Positions 1 through 13,822 of a stretch of DNA of 64,000 nucleotides are shown in pieces (position 1 is the stretch's first letter; each line of letters begins with the position of its first letter). The DNA is from Amoebidium appalachense (taxonomy: Eukaryota; Protista; Ichthyosporea): positions 2,155,979 to 2,219,978 of the forward strand of contig CAVNZM010000007.1 in the NCBI GenBank assembly GCA_963693365.1, written 5' to 3'. The notes beneath the pieces were generated by a model. It had not been told where the DNA came from. It ran no database searches and saw only the letters and a list, made by a program, of their open reading frames with translations. The translations under genes were made by a program, and so were the position numbers.

Positions 1-1293
1 GAAGTTGTGACTATCGCCCGTGTCCGGGAGGTGAGAGAGATCTTGAGGCCGAATTCTATTTTGCTCACTCAATTCAAGCTGAATATCGTCCACGTGCCAC
101 TTAGATTTCTTCATAGTTGCGAAGCTTCGGATCTCGTACGTGACCGGGCCGACCCTTTTGACGATTTCTTAACCCGTAATCCACCGTACATCCCAGGCAC
201 CGATATTTTTGGCTTGATTCCGAACACGTATCCGTGCACCCTTCTTAAATTCACGAGCCACCGAGGGGCCTGGGCGCTCTCGTACGGCACGTTGCTGGAC
301 CACAGCACGGAGCAGAGGCAGACGGGCTAATAACTCTCGCCGGTATGCCTTCCACTCTGGGTCCTTGAGTGCCGGGTGGTTACTGCTAAGAAGGGCAACG
401 TCAGGGAATTGTGTTGCTTCTTGCCCGTACACAAGATAATACGGTGTACATTGCAAAATTTTGTGTGTTGTTGTGTTGTATGCATGTGTAACCACCGGCA
501 ACAGAGTGTCCCAATTAGTGTGCTCATAATTAACGTACTTTGAGAGTGCATTATTAATAAATCTATGAGACCGTTCATTGGAACCGTTGCTTTGTGGGTG
601 ATATGCAGAGGTGCTCACTTGTGCAATATTTGCTATACGGCAAATCTCAATAATTAGCTCATTGAGAAATTCTGATCCTTGATCACTCAAGAGTGTACGA
701 GGGGGGCCGTGTATATAGCAAATTACATTCATGAGTGCATGTGCAACATTAACGGCATGCTTAGATTGGATGGGCACAGTGATTAAATACTTCGTTGCCA
801 TATCCATAAACACACAAATGAAAGTATTACCATTTTTCGTTTCTGTGAACGGACCCATAAGGTCAACAGAAACACGAGAGAACATTTTTAAATTTTCGTA
901 TCTCTGTTCAAATGGCCTACTTCTCAAGTGTGGGTTATCGTTACGGCCTTGGCACTGTGTGCAGGCATTCACATAAGCAGTGATATCTTTGTGCATGCGT
1001 GGCCAATAATAATTGTATAATCTTTCGTAAGTTCGTTCAATGCCAGTATGAGCCCCCCCGTCGTGCACACTTCTTAATAAATCAGCACGAAGGATTTCGA
1101 GCACATACAGGCAACGACGACCATCCTTAGCCACATGATAAAGCACGTCATCCTCTATCACACACATTTGTGCTATTTTCTTAACCTTTTTGTATCCGAA
1201 ATACTCAAGATTAAGACCGTGTGCAGCTCGTTCCCCCCTGCCTGCCATTTTCGTTTGGCCTCGGAATCGAGGGAGGCAAGCCACCGTAGCCAC
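1..1293 (-). pseudogene. Gypsy integrase with premature TAA in the C-terminal GPY/F (SH3-like) region
   Basis: H-x4-H...C-x2-C (HDGGAH...CTQC), VDLMGP, SDQGSEF, YHPQSNGSNER. Frame continues past the TAA at 169-171 as WITG*EIVKRVGPVTYEIRS...KWHVDDI. Confidence 0.85.
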
Positions 1294-1297
1294 GTGA

Positions 1298-4159
1298 TTA
1301 TATCCTTACACATTTTGTCCCCCCCTGTGCCATCATAATTGCTTCCTTCTGATAGCCGGCACCACCGAGTGCAGAAAGGGAGGGCAGGCCGGCTTGACTG
1401 AGTGCAGAAATTTGTGCACATTTCAAGCGGTCTGGATCGAAAATGTGTGTGAATTCGAGTGCATCACCCCAATCAACAAACACTTCGGCTGGTTTCGAGC
1501 TAAGCTCGGATAAATCTGCTGTGAGAACCTCTTGTAATTCCTTTTTCACATCCCACCTTTCCAGTGGTATGTTTTCGTTCTCATGCAGAATATATCCTAT
1601 ACGGCTTAAGCCATCAGCATCGTGCATGGTAGGGCCAGGACGGTAGTATAGATCGAAATCATACTCCTGCATTTCCAAAGCCCACCGTTGCATCCGTTCG
1701 TTTGCTATCCGTTTGACACCTTTAAGAGAAAGACAGGGCTTATGGTCACTTTCCACAATAGTATTCACTCGACCATACACGTACACCCTAAACTCTTTCA
1801 GTGCCCAATAGATTGCATGCGTTTCTCGTTCGATGTTGCTCCACCTACGTTCGGTAGGTTGAAACATCCGGGAGGCATATGCCACCGTGCGGAACTTGCC
1901 ATCTTTTTGTTTTTGATACAGGCAAGCCCCTTCCGAGAACCGACTAGCATCACAACGAATAAGAAACTGACCCCCCGTGGGGGAAAGATCGGGCAGGGCA
2001 AGCACTTCCTCCGATAACACCGATTTTAAATCTTTAAACGAGCGATCTAATTCGTCCGTCCATTTTAACCGTCGGTGTTTTTCTCCGTAACACTCGGCAT
2101 TCATGGGTCGGGCTCGCTCTGCATAATTTAAAATGTGACGGCGGAGATAGGAAGTAATACCCAGAAAACCCCGGAGTTGGTGTAGTGTGTTTGGTACCGG
2201 CCAATCTTTTACTGCCTGAACCTTTTTCGGGTCGGGCCGAATGCCATTCACACCTACAATCCAACCCAAAAACGGTATTTCCGTTAGCCCAATGTATGTC
2301 TTTGCCCCATCGAGCTTAACACCATATTCACCGAGACGGGTGAAAAGTCGGTCAAGCTTCTGTATTAATTCTTTTTCGGTGTGTGCACCCACAGCTAAAT
2401 CATCGGCATATATCACCACGTCATCGGCCAGAGGGGCCAAAATCTGTGTCATGATGGATGCTAGCTGGGACGGGGAAGTACTGAGCCCCTGTGGTGCCAC
2501 ACAATAACGATACTGCACACCAGCCACAGAAAATCCTGTTTTTTCACGTGACTCAGCGTCTAGCAGTATTTGGTAAAAGGCACCCGACATATCAGCTTTA
2601 CAGAAATACTTATACCCAGCCAACTTCTCTATTTGTTGTTGCAAGTTGGGCATGGGCCAGGCAGATTTTCGAATTTGCTTGTTAAGAGCACGAAAATCAG
2701 TCAGCAGACGGTATTTTCCGTTTGGTTTTCGTATTACGAAGGTGGGTGAATTATACTGACTGTGTGCTTGTTCCATCTGCCCTCTACGACACATATCCTC
2801 CACGATCTCCTTTGCAGCCTGCTCTTTCACTTGTTCCAACCTCCACTGTTTTAATCGAATCGGTGGGTTATCTCCCGTGTCTATGTGCATGGTGAATCCT
2901 TTAATCTGAGGAAATTCGTCGGGGTCCGTAGTGATGAAGCAACGAGAGTGTGCTTCTAATAGTTTCTTGACCTCCGGAAGCATACTCTGAGGCACCCTAT
3001 CCCAATCAAAACCGTGGGGAGCCTGGCCGGCATCGTGTGCACCCCCACCCGAAATTTCCGAAATTTTTCGCGGGGGGGGGGGGGGGTTTTCATGATCAAC
3101 GGCACACATTGATTGGTCGATCGGTGAGTGTATCGGACCGCCTCGTGTCCCACTCACATGCCCTTCGTGCCCACACATGTTATCGGTAGGCACCCGGCCC
3201 GGTGGCACGGCCGGAGGTGAATTGGGTAGGCAACCTTCTCCACCCCCCGTTGCCCACCTGATGCACTGCGCTATTGCACCAACGACGGTTTGTGTACGAC
3301 TGGGGTGGGGTTCGGCTTGCAAAACACTCAGTTCGTGTATGTACTCATGTCGGCTCGTAGGAACGAAATGACCGATGGTACCGAACACGCTCAAATCCGG
3401 ACCCACACCATTTTCGCACACAACAGCAATAGATTTATCCACACTAATTTCACAGATGGTGGGGGGGAACTTATCTCGAAATTCACGAGTAGGCTCAAAG
3501 ATACCGAGGGTGCCAGCAGCAGCAGCAGCAGCAGTCACCTGCACCGTTGCACGTAATACACATCCAAAGCCAGATTTGACGGTGGTGTCGTGCTTGACGG
3601 TAACGGGACACATTGTGTAGGGGGTGTGCAAAGATGACGTCGGCACCACCATCCCCGACACCAGTGTTAGTGAGTGTGCTTGATGATTAGTGGTGGCAAT
3701 GTGTTTGTTGGCAAAATCGTTCCCAATAATCATGTCATGCTTAATATTTTTAATTACTAAGCAAGGCCACATGAATGTTTGAGAACCGAGGCATAACGGG
3801 AGCATCACTTCACCACTCACAGCTAGAGCTTTATCGTTTTTCCTTACAGAAGTAACAATCACATCCGAGGGTTGCAAAGCAAACTCCTGCATGTGTCGGG
3901 AAAAAACAGCTTCACTAACCACCGTGAATGATGCCCCAGTGTCAAACAATGCAAAGTATTTTTCATTACTCAACGTAACATTAACATAGATACGTCTTCC
4001 TGCATTGCATATGGCACTTATATCGAACACTTTTCTTATTCTATCAAGTGTTCGAAGTTTCTTTGTGGGGGGGATAGGTGTGGGGGGGTGGGGGGTCGGG
4101 GGTCGGGGGAAGGGGGCTCGGAGGGGGGAATATCGGAAGAAGCCGGGGCAGAAGCACAT
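1298..4159 (-). CDS. pol: Gypsy pol: aspartic protease, reverse transcriptase, RNase H
   Basis: 953-aa ORF with FALFDTGASF, YRLLTDFRALN, APQGLSTSP, YADD, FLGW, CDASRF, SDHKP. Joined to the integrase via apparent frameshifts in G-runs near 1320 and 1235. Confidence 0.95.
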   Translation of the reverse strand: MCFCPGFFRYSPLRAPFPRPPTPHPPTPIPPTKKLRTLDRIRKVFDISAICNAGRRIYVNVTLSNEKYFALFDTGASFTVVSEAVFSRHMQEFALQPSDVIVTSVRKNDKALAVSGEVMLPLCLGSQTFMWPCLVIKNIKHDMIIGNDFANKHIATTNHQAHSLTLVSGMVVPTSSLHTPYTMCPVTVKHDTTVKSGFGCVLRATVQVTAAAAAAGTLGIFEPTREFRDKFPPTICEISVDKSIAVVCENGVGPDLSVFGTIGHFVPTSRHEYIHELSVLQAEPHPSRTQTVVGAIAQCIRWATGGGEGCLPNSPPAVPPGRVPTDNMCGHEGHVSGTRGGPIHSPIDQSMCAVDHENPPPPPRKISEISGGGAHDAGQAPHGFDWDRVPQSMLPEVKKLLEAHSRCFITTDPDEFPQIKGFTMHIDTGDNPPIRLKQWRLEQVKEQAAKEIVEDMCRRGQMEQAHSQYNSPTFVIRKPNGKYRLLTDFRALNKQIRKSAWPMPNLQQQIEKLAGYKYFCKADMSGAFYQILLDAESREKTGFSVAGVQYRYCVAPQGLSTSPSQLASIMTQILAPLADDVVIYADDLAVGAHTEKELIQKLDRLFTRLGEYGVKLDGAKTYIGLTEIPFLGWIVGVNGIRPDPKKVQAVKDWPVPNTLHQLRGFLGITSYLRRHILNYAERARPMNAECYGEKHRRLKWTDELDRSFKDLKSVLSEEVLALPDLSPTGGQFLIRCDASRFSEGACLYQKQKDGKFRTVAYASRMFQPTERRWSNIERETHAIYWALKEFRVYVYGRVNTIVESDHKPCLSLKGVKRIANERMQRWALEMQEYDFDLYYRPGPTMHDADGLSRIGYILHENENIPLERWDVKKELQEVLTADLSELSSKPAEVFVDWGDALEFTHIFDPDRLKCAQISALSQAGLPSLSALGGAGYQKEAIMMAQGGTKCVRI

Positions 4160-4251
4160 GGTATAGGCACATTTTTAATTACTTTTTCGTGACCCACTGG
4201 GTCACAATGTGCAATACGTGCCATATCCGTGCATCCAGCACCGGCAATTAC

Positions 4252-4700
4252 CTATTTATCACTTTGCTTGCCCTTGTTCTTCTTGGCAGCTCGGGTGGGG
4301 CAATCTTTAAAACGATGCCCCGGCTGCTTGCATGCCCAACAATTGGGCCCCCTCTTATCTTTCTTATTTTCCTTAGCCCATTTGCCCCCCCCATTAGATT
4401 TACCCTTACCACCAACATTACCCCCACTACCTCCGTGGCCACCCCCGTGACCACCACCACCACCACCATGCCCCCCACTACCACCACCCATCTCGTCTAC
4501 AGCACCCACATTACGGTTACATTTTAAATTGTGAGCACCCACATCAGCCTCATACCGTCGGATGACACGGGCCATGGCTTGCTTGAGGGTGGTTGCAGCC
4601 CGGGCCTCCGAACAAAGGTCCGGGTAGTCGTTGAGGACTTGGTAAGATGTCGGAAGCACAACCCGGAGGAGAAAAAAAATGTGATTCGCCCGAGGGAAGC
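4252..4700 (-). CDS. gag: Gypsy gag C-terminus (Gly-rich linker + CCHC zinc knuckle); N-terminus obscured by noisy A-rich sequence
   Basis: CWACKQPGHRFKDC = CX2CX4HX4C, directly upstream of pol. Confidence 0.85.
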
Positions 4701-4860
4701 TCAGCCCCCGGGCGACGCGGGGCCAAAACGGCCGAGAGCCAAGCCTCCCCCCATCGGAAACCCAAAGGTACCCCGAAGCCCACGGAAGAGACGCGACATG
4801 CCAACGCAACCACAAACACCCAAAAACAAAAGAAAACAAAAAAGGAAAAAAAAATAAAAA

Positions 4861-4898
<38 letters not shown>

Positions 4899-5693
4899 AA
4901 AAAAAAAAAAAAAGGGAGCCGAGAAGAGCCCCGACAAAAGGACCCCCACGAGCCCACGACCACAAAGGAGATCCCCCACGAAAGATCCAACCAGAACAAC
5001 CAAAACCAAAAGATCAAAGGAAATAAGCGAACTGAACACGCCCAGGAAAGCGGAGAGGCCACAGGTGGCCGCGGAAGAAATTGATATCCCCCATCCGATG
5101 TTAGACCCCCACAAGAGAAACTCCAACAAAGTTTTTGTGCTCCCAACAATCCCCTGCACGTTATTAACCGTTGAATCCCCCCCTTTCCCTATGTATTACA
5201 GCGCATTAAAAGACGACAACGCAAATTCCCGGGACAGTCCGACCTGTTACATCACCCACACAGAGAACGCCAAGCAAAATTTTGGGGCCCCATCAATCCC
5301 CTGCACGTTATTAACCGTGCAAATATATCCATCTTGTAGTATCCACCGGTGGCACAGTTAGTAGGTAATAAAGATGTCCAAACATAATCCATAACACGCC
5401 TTATGTATATCCATGGCCATCCCCAAGACTGTAACAATACCATCAATTACTGTCGTAAAAGAAAGTAGGACAAGGCGTAGAAAAAAGGATGACAGACGCG
5501 ACACAAGAGAACACAATACGATACGGAGCAGTAGTATTTGTGCACGCCCCACCCACGACCCACCGGCAAGGACACACCAATAAGCCCGCAGCCGAACGGG
5601 AAACCTAGACGGCACGGAGCAACAAAGGCGAAATTCTGCCATCGTGTAGACAACACCAACACGTGAGGGGGGGGGGGGGGGGTAGGGGAAGGG

Positions 5694-5729
<36 letters not shown>

Positions 5730-5813
5730 AGACGTACGCCCCACGGAGAGTCCTTATAATGTTCCTACACATACGCAAGCATACCGGTGCGCAATAAACA
5801 CATGGCCGCAATG

Positions 5814-7058
<1,245 letters not shown>

Positions 7059-7069
7059 CACAGCCGCAC

Positions 7070-9260
7070 AGCCCCCTGTAGCAAAACCCCCCGTACATAG
7101 TATATACATGTACCTAGACAATGGTCACTACCCACAGAACAGCCCAGCACGAGACATACCACAAAGTTTATGGGGGGGAGGAGAATGTGCCCCGGAGACG
7201 AGGTCACACGAAAAAAACCCGTGGCCGATAGAACCCCCCTTGTAGCATAGTATATGACAATACCAACAAGACCTACCACAGAACCCTAGCAGAGAACCAA
7301 CCCCGAGACGAGGCACACGAAAACACAGGAAGAACCCCCCGAAGAAAAACACCCCAGAACAGCCAGCAGAACCGTAGGGGGAGGGGCCGAAGAACACCCA
7401 CCCCAAAACACGCCCAACCACAAGATGGGGGAGAAGCGAGAAGGAAGAAAAAAACACAACAGCAGAACCCCCTGTAGAAGGTCCAGACAGACTACCAACA
7501 GTATGGGGGAGGAACCAGACGAGGACACAAAAAAAACACAACATTACCGAGAACCCCCTGTAAAACGACAGACATAGTCAATAACTACCCACAGAACAGC
7601 CACAGAGACATACCACAACTTTAGGGGGGGAGGTGAAGTGCCCCGGAGTAGAGGGCAGAAAAAAACCAACAGACCGAAAGAACCCCCGAAAGTAAAAAAA
7701 ACAAGAATAACTACCCACAGAACACCACAAACACAACGTTTATGGGGGGAGTGAATGTGCCCCTGGAGTACAGCACACGAAAAAAACACCGAGCCGAGAA
7801 CCCCCTGTACAAAAACAACCAGACAAGTTTTCAATAACACCCCGACCCCGGGAGAGTGCCCCGGAGTACAGGAAAAAAACACAATTGTAGCCGAAAGACC
7901 CCCCTTGTACATAGTATATGTCCATGTGTTACCTAGACAAGGTCAATAACTACCCACAGAACACCTAGCACGAGACATACCACAAAGTGTATGGGGGGGA
8001 GGTGAAGGCCCCGGAGTAAAGGCAACGAAAAAAACACACGTTGCCGAAACCCCCGTACATAGAAGTACATGTGTTACCAGAAATTTCAATAACTACCCAC
8101 AGAACAGCCAGCAATACCACAAGTAGGGGGAGGGAAGCCCTGGAGTACAGGCACAGCCACTTACCGTATAGAACCCCCTTGTACAAGTATATTACAATTA
8201 CCAAATATAACTACCCACAGACAGCCCAGAACAAGATACCCAATAGGGGAGGGATCGAGAACCCAAAAACCAACATGTAGCCGAATAGAACCCCCGTAGC
8301 AAGAAAGTCATGCCAGAACACCCGACAGCACAACAAAAGTGGGGGAGGGAAGTGCCCCGGAGGGCACACGAAAAAAACACAACGTGTAGCCGTATAGAAC
8401 CCCCCTTGTAGCAAGTATATGTACAAGTATGTTACCTAGAAATGCAAAACTACCCACAGAACAGCTCAGCACGAGAGCTTACCACAAAGTTTATGGGGGG
8501 AGGAGAAGTGCCCCTGGAGTACGAGGGTCACACGAAAAAAACACAAGTTGTAGCCGAATAGACCCCCTTGTAGAAGTATATGTCCATGTGTTACCTAGAA
8601 ATCAATAACTACCCACAGAAAGCCTAGCACGAGAATACCACAAAGTGTATGGGGGGATGGTGAAGTGCCCCTGGAGTACAAGGCACAGAAAAAAACACAC
8701 GGTAGCTCGTATAGAACCCCCCTTGTAGCATAGCAAGTACATGTTACCAGACAAGTCAATAACTACCCACAGAACAGCCTAGCACGAGAGCTTACCACAA
8801 CGTTTATGGGGGGGAGGGAAGTGCCCCTGGAGACGAGGGCACACGAAAAAAACACAACGTTGTAGCTCGTATAGAACCCCCCTTGTAGCATAGTATATGT
8901 ACATATGTTACCTAGAAATTAATAACTACCCACAGAACAGCCCTAGAACGAGAGAACCACAAATTTAGGGGGGAGGTGAAGTGCCCGGAGAAGGCAAGAA
9001 AAAAACACAAGCCAGAACCCCCCTTGTAGCATAGTATAAGTACATGGACCAGACAACGTTTTCAAAACACCCACAGAACAGCCTAGCACGAGACACCAAA
9101 AGTTAGGGGGGAGGGAAGTGCCCCGAGAGGCCAGAAAAAAACACACCAGAACCCCCTTAGCATAGTATATAAAACCAAACACCCACAGAACAGCCAGCAC
9201 ACCACAAAGTTAGGGGGGAACCCCGACAGAGAAAAAACACCGACCCCCAAACCAAACAGC
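7070..9260. repeat. Degenerate tandem satellite, unit ~155-165 bp, roughly 13-15 copies
   Basis: Anchor ctacccacagaa recurs at e.g. 8450, 8609, 8763, 8926 (spacing 154-163). Unit contains the hairpin gtgccc-N11-gggcac. Confidence 0.9.
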
Positions 9261-9331
9261 CCCACCCAAGACGCAGGGGGGGGGGGGGGGGGGGGGGGGG
9301 ACCCCCCCCCCCCCCCGGCGCGCCACGCCCG

Positions 9332-9369
<38 letters not shown>

Positions 9370-9886
9370 TGCGTTGCCCCCAGCAGCTATAAGCTACTTA
9401 TCATCTAGAGTGGTACCGCTCTTTGTCCTATGCTGCTTTTTTGCGTTCTTTCATAGGTGCTGTACCGCTCTTGTCCTTTAAGTAATAAGTGGAGCAGACC
9501 TTGTCTGCTTTGTCTATGCTCTTTTTTTGTTTTCTTAGAAAGCAATGACCCTTTGTCTTTAAATGTAGTTGTGAGAGTCCCCATATTGTATGTTGTGGGC
9601 CAAAACACACACCTGTTCTCTCTTCAAGGGAAAAAGTTGAGCACATAATATTCTTGATTATGTTCTTGCTCTCCCCCTCCCCTCCGGGAGTGAAAAGATA
9701 AACCCCCCCCACCACTTGAAAGTGATAGAGAAAAGTAAGACAAGTAAATCAAAAAAATGGCTTAAAAAAAAAACCCCCCCCCTCCCTCGGGGGGGCCCCG
9801 TCGCCGCCCCGAGGGGAGTGCTTGGTTTGGGCCGTCTATAAGTAACCACTGGTCGGCTCACCAGACTAGAGTCACTAACTGATTGA

Positions 9887-9976
9887 TCTATGAAAAACTA
9901 CTCCGGGACGTGTGTTGCCTCTAGGGGGACATCCCCTTGGACGAAAGTGAACCTGCAATGGTTGTAAACCACGGCA
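9887..9976 (-). repeat. Split direct repeat B2 of the Ngaro element
   Basis: Same 90 bp as 10467-10556 (tctatgaaaaact...accacggca). Confidence 0.95.
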
Positions 9977-10117
9977 AGCCCCCAGTCATCAATTTATTGA
10001 TCCGTGAGGTCCATGTGCCCAAAAAAAAAAAAAAACGGGGGAAGGCTTCGCCCCGTGAAAAAAAACAGCACGTATGTGTGGATCAATGGGGGTTGTGTGT
10101 GGGTGTAGGTGGGTGGG

Positions 10118-10556
10118 TGAAAAGGAATATATAGCTGTAAGGCTGTGGATGCTAAACACAGAAGATGTGTTTGTAGCTTGCTGATCTGCTAAAAACTGTC
10201 GTGCTTATATACCTAAGCCTACCGATCTGAACCAATCAAAAATCGATCTAGTGATATGTGAAATCTGATCCGAGCCAATCATAACTCGGTCTAGTGATCT
10301 GTGGTATCTGATGTTTTGACTGGCTAATAGGTGCCCGTGTGCGGGCAGCCAACCGCTAACTGCTAAAACACGAAATGAAGCCTACATGGTTATGTTGGTA
10401 TCGAACACCCATCCTACGTGTTTACCCAGAAAAATATTTATGTCAATAATTTCCACAAATAAAACCTCTATGAAAAACTACTCCGGGACGTGTGTTGCCT
10501 CTAGGGGGACATCCCCTTGGACGAAAGTGAACCTGCAATGGTTGTAAACCACGGCA
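10118..10556 (-). repeat. Internal B1-A2 junction of the Ngaro element
   Basis: B1 10467-10556 abuts A2 10118-10466; A2 matches 15034-15382. Confidence 0.95.
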
Positions 10557-10584
10557 CGAGAGCAGTATGCTTGCTCCAAAGGTT

Positions 10585-11653
10585 TCACTTAAGAATAGAG
10601 GCGAATACACGTGTGGTGGTGGCAGCAATGGAGGCCGGACGAAGTCGGGTATAGATCAGGAAGCAGTCGGAGGACCACCGGCCGAGTTGTTTGATCCGGG
10701 AGTCGTCGACCCCGGCCTCAGCCAGTGCTGTGGCCCCCCCGATGCGGAGGCTGTGTCCGGCAAACCGGGAGGGTGAGAGGCCTGCACGGGAGAGGAGGGC
10801 ACGGAAATCGGCAGAGAAAGCACTCTTGGTGTAGGGGATGCCACCGAGACTGAAGAGGGGGTCGTCGGGTTGACCGGACGTTGTATCCAGGAACTGCCGG
10901 AGGAGATGGGCTGGGGAGAAGTGGGTGAGGGGCAGGGCAGCTAGGGTGACGTTGACACCTCGGGCCTGTACATCCGTCTTAGAGGTTGGCAGGTGGAGGG
11001 TGGCATGGGACAAAGTACCGGTGGGGGTGTAGCTGAAGGTCACGTCCTTCCGTTTAACGTGACGGGACGGGTCGAAAGAAGTCAGGGTCTTGGAGGTAAA
11101 TTCCCCTGAACGGAGGAGACCACAGAAACCGACGATGAGGGCCGTCCATAGCCGGAGATTGGCCGAGGAGGCCTTGGTGGGGCACTGGCCGTGGAGTAGG
11201 TGGAGGTGGGAGGGGAGGAGCCTCAGGGGTTCCCTGGTGGATGAGCGGGGTCGGATGTTGTGAGAAAGCTGCCATCGGCCCACCCCCCGTAGGAACCAGG
11301 CCAGAGACTTGTCGTGGGGGTAGGGAGCAGGGAGGCCCATGTCGAGGTGGAGCCTGGTGATGGCCGAATTGTAGCCGGTTAAGGAAGAGGCCTGTACCCC
11401 TCGTTGGGCACACCAGGCGAGAAAAAGTTGCACGGTGTGTGGGGAGGCCGGGAGGGAGGACCCGGAGGAGGATTGCAGCCGAGATGCCACACAGAAATCG
11501 ATGAACACTTTTTGCACCCGGGAGTAAAAGGCCCGAGAGTCGAGGTTGAGACTCAGGGCCTGGCATTCCTGCAGGGTAGTGGTGGCTCGAAGCAGCTCGG
11601 CCGGAGCAAAGTGGGGGGCCAATCTGCCAGTGTTGCTCCGGAACGGGAGATCT

Positions 11654-11686
<33 letters not shown>

Positions 11687-11799
11687 GCCCAAGGGAAGGG
11701 ATAGGAACTCGTGGACCCAGGAGGGGAAGGGGCAGGGCTCCGGTTGCAGGGAAGGTCGGAGTCGTCGGGCCCGGGGAAGTTGGTTACGAGAAATGGCAT
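10585..11799 (-). CDS. Tyrosine recombinase of the Ngaro element
   Basis: Catalytic set present: LLRSGE (R), TSKTD (K), GHSLRIG (HxxR), GRW, FLIYTR (Y). Confidence 0.95.
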
Positions 11800-13372
11800 C
11801 GGCCAGATGGTTGAGGGGTCCTGGTAGGTAGGATGCCTGTAACGTAAATTGGTATTGCATTTCCATGCGGGTGATGAACCGAATAAGTTTGGCCATCACG
11901 GGGTGGGGGGAAGACCGGGAGTGCAGGTCAGACACAGCACCCGTGTTGTCGCATAAAATACGGACATGGTGGGTGGACCAGGAGGGGGCCCAGAGGGCCA
12001 CGGCGGCTGCGATGGCCAGGAGTTCGATGACGGAAGAACCGAGTTTACCCTCATGAGCATAGAGGGCTTGGGTGGAGGGGGACCAGGGCATGAAGAACCA
12101 TTGGTCGAGCCAGTGGCCACCTAGACCCACCGATCCGGCAGCATCAGTGGCCAGGGTGGTGTATGTGGGGGGTGTGATGAGGTGCACCCCATTCCATGAT
12201 GTGAGGAACTGGTGCCATTCGGCTATGTCGGCCCGGGCGGCAGCAGTCAGTCGTATGTGGTGGTGGCCGGCAAGGTGTGGGTGGGTCCGGAGAAGGGCCC
12301 ATAGGCGCTGGGAGAAGCCTTAGGCCCTCCCGGGGGGAACCAGCTGGGCACACCAGGTGAGTTTGCCGAGGAGGGACTGGAGGTCCCGAATGGTGATGGT
12401 GGGCTTTGGGTGGGAAGTGAGGTCGAGTAGGTCCGAGAGCTTGGAAGCCGGGATTCGTGCCTCCATGGCGATGGAGTCGAATTCGATACCGATGAAGACG
12501 ACACGGGTAGCCGGGCCCTGCATCTTGTCTTCGGAGATGGCAATGTGCAGCTCTCGGCAGAGTTGCAGAAAGGTGGATAGGTGACGTTGGCACTGCTGTT
12601 GTGTGGGGGCGACTATAATCCAGTCGTCTACGTAGTGGCGGATGAGGGTAATACCGTGCTGGTGTGCCAGCCACTGTAGGGTGGCCGCGATCCGTTCCCA
12701 GATGGCTGGGCTAGATTTCAGGCCGAAGGGCAGTCTGGTTTCAACGTAAAAATGCCCTTGCCATTTGAATGCCATTAAGTGGTGGTCTTCCGGTCGGATG
12801 GGCATGTGCCGGAAGGCAGCCTGCACATCTGCCACGGCCATGTAGCAGCCGGGGCCTGCGTCGAGAATGAGTTGGGTGACATCCCGGGCGCGAATGTACT
12901 GAAGTTCGTCGGGGTAGGTGATGCTGTCATTGACACTGCTACCCCGGGGCCAGGAGAGGTGGTGGATTCGACGGTACTTGGGGGGGTTCCCTTTTTTGGT
13001 AACGGCGCCGATGGGGGAGGAACGGTGGACGGGAAATTCGTCAAAGAATTGGGCCGGGGAGAGGGGGCCGCGCAGGTGGCCGAGGGCGACTTCTTTGGCA
13101 ATATCCACCGTGATAGCGGCAGCTGCCTCCGGGGTGGTGGGTAGGTTGGGGCCCACCCGAGAGGTGGAGGGGCCGCGATAGCCGATGTCGACGCCGAATT
13201 CGACATCGTGGAGGAGTTGTGCGGCGAATGGTTGGTCCGGGTAGGAGGCCAGCAGTTCCCGGAGGCGGGAGGTGTCAATGTGGTGCTGGGGCAGCGGGCG
13301 GGCCTCCGGGTCTGAGCCTCGGGGGAAGGGGTGGTTAGCAAGGGTGGTGTACCCTTGGGGAGATCCCGGCAG

Positions 13373-13427
<55 letters not shown>

Positions 13428-13543
13428 CAGGGCCCCGGGGGGGTTAGAGTAGGGCAGCTTGGCCCAAGTGAGGGTTGGCAGGGAGGGCAGCGGGGCCCTG
13501 TGCAGGGGAATGTGCCCGAGCACGCGGGGGTGTGGGCGGACAC
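11684..13543 (-). pseudogene. DIRS/Ngaro RT-RNase H, one frame interrupted by a single in-frame TAA at 12320-12322
   Basis: KYRRIHHLSWP, LPFGLKSSP, YVDD, then PPGRA*GFSQRL... continuing in frame to TDAAGSVGLGG, ELLAI, CDN, NHLADAISR. Confidence 0.9.
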
Positions 13544-13822
13544 AGCGGTAGAAGAAGGGGGGGGGAGGGAGTGCTAGGTGAGTGTAAGGGGGGGGGAGGC
13601 TCGTGGGATGGGGGGGGGGGGGAGTAAAATTATGTGCAGTGGCCAGAATAAACGTCTTTGTATAGGGACATTTATTCTTGACGCGCGCGGGCGCCGTAGT
13701 TGGCCTGCGAAATTTTGTACTCAGCCCTATTGGCCCGTTCTCCCGAGCTCCGTTTCCCTGTACTCGTGTGTCCTAGCTCCGAACCCCTATGTTCTAGCTG
13801 TGTGTGTGGGTGTGCGCGTAGA

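Larger units (their letters stand above)
1..4700 (-). mobile_element. Ty3/Gypsy LTR retrotransposon internal region (gag-PR-RT-RH-IN); runs off the left edge, LTRs not identified
   Basis: Domain order on minus strand: CCHC knuckle, protease LFDTGA, RT YADD, RNase H (CDAS...E...SDHK), integrase HHCC + DDE. IN after RH is the Gypsy order. Confidence 0.95.

Noticed and set aside
1230-1330. Programmed frameshift between RNase H and integrase
   Set aside because: Both shifts fall in G homopolymers, so sequencing error or decay is more likely.
7070-9260. CRISPR-like periodicity
   Set aside because: The whole unit repeats with no unique spacers, there are no cas genes, and the context is eukaryotic.
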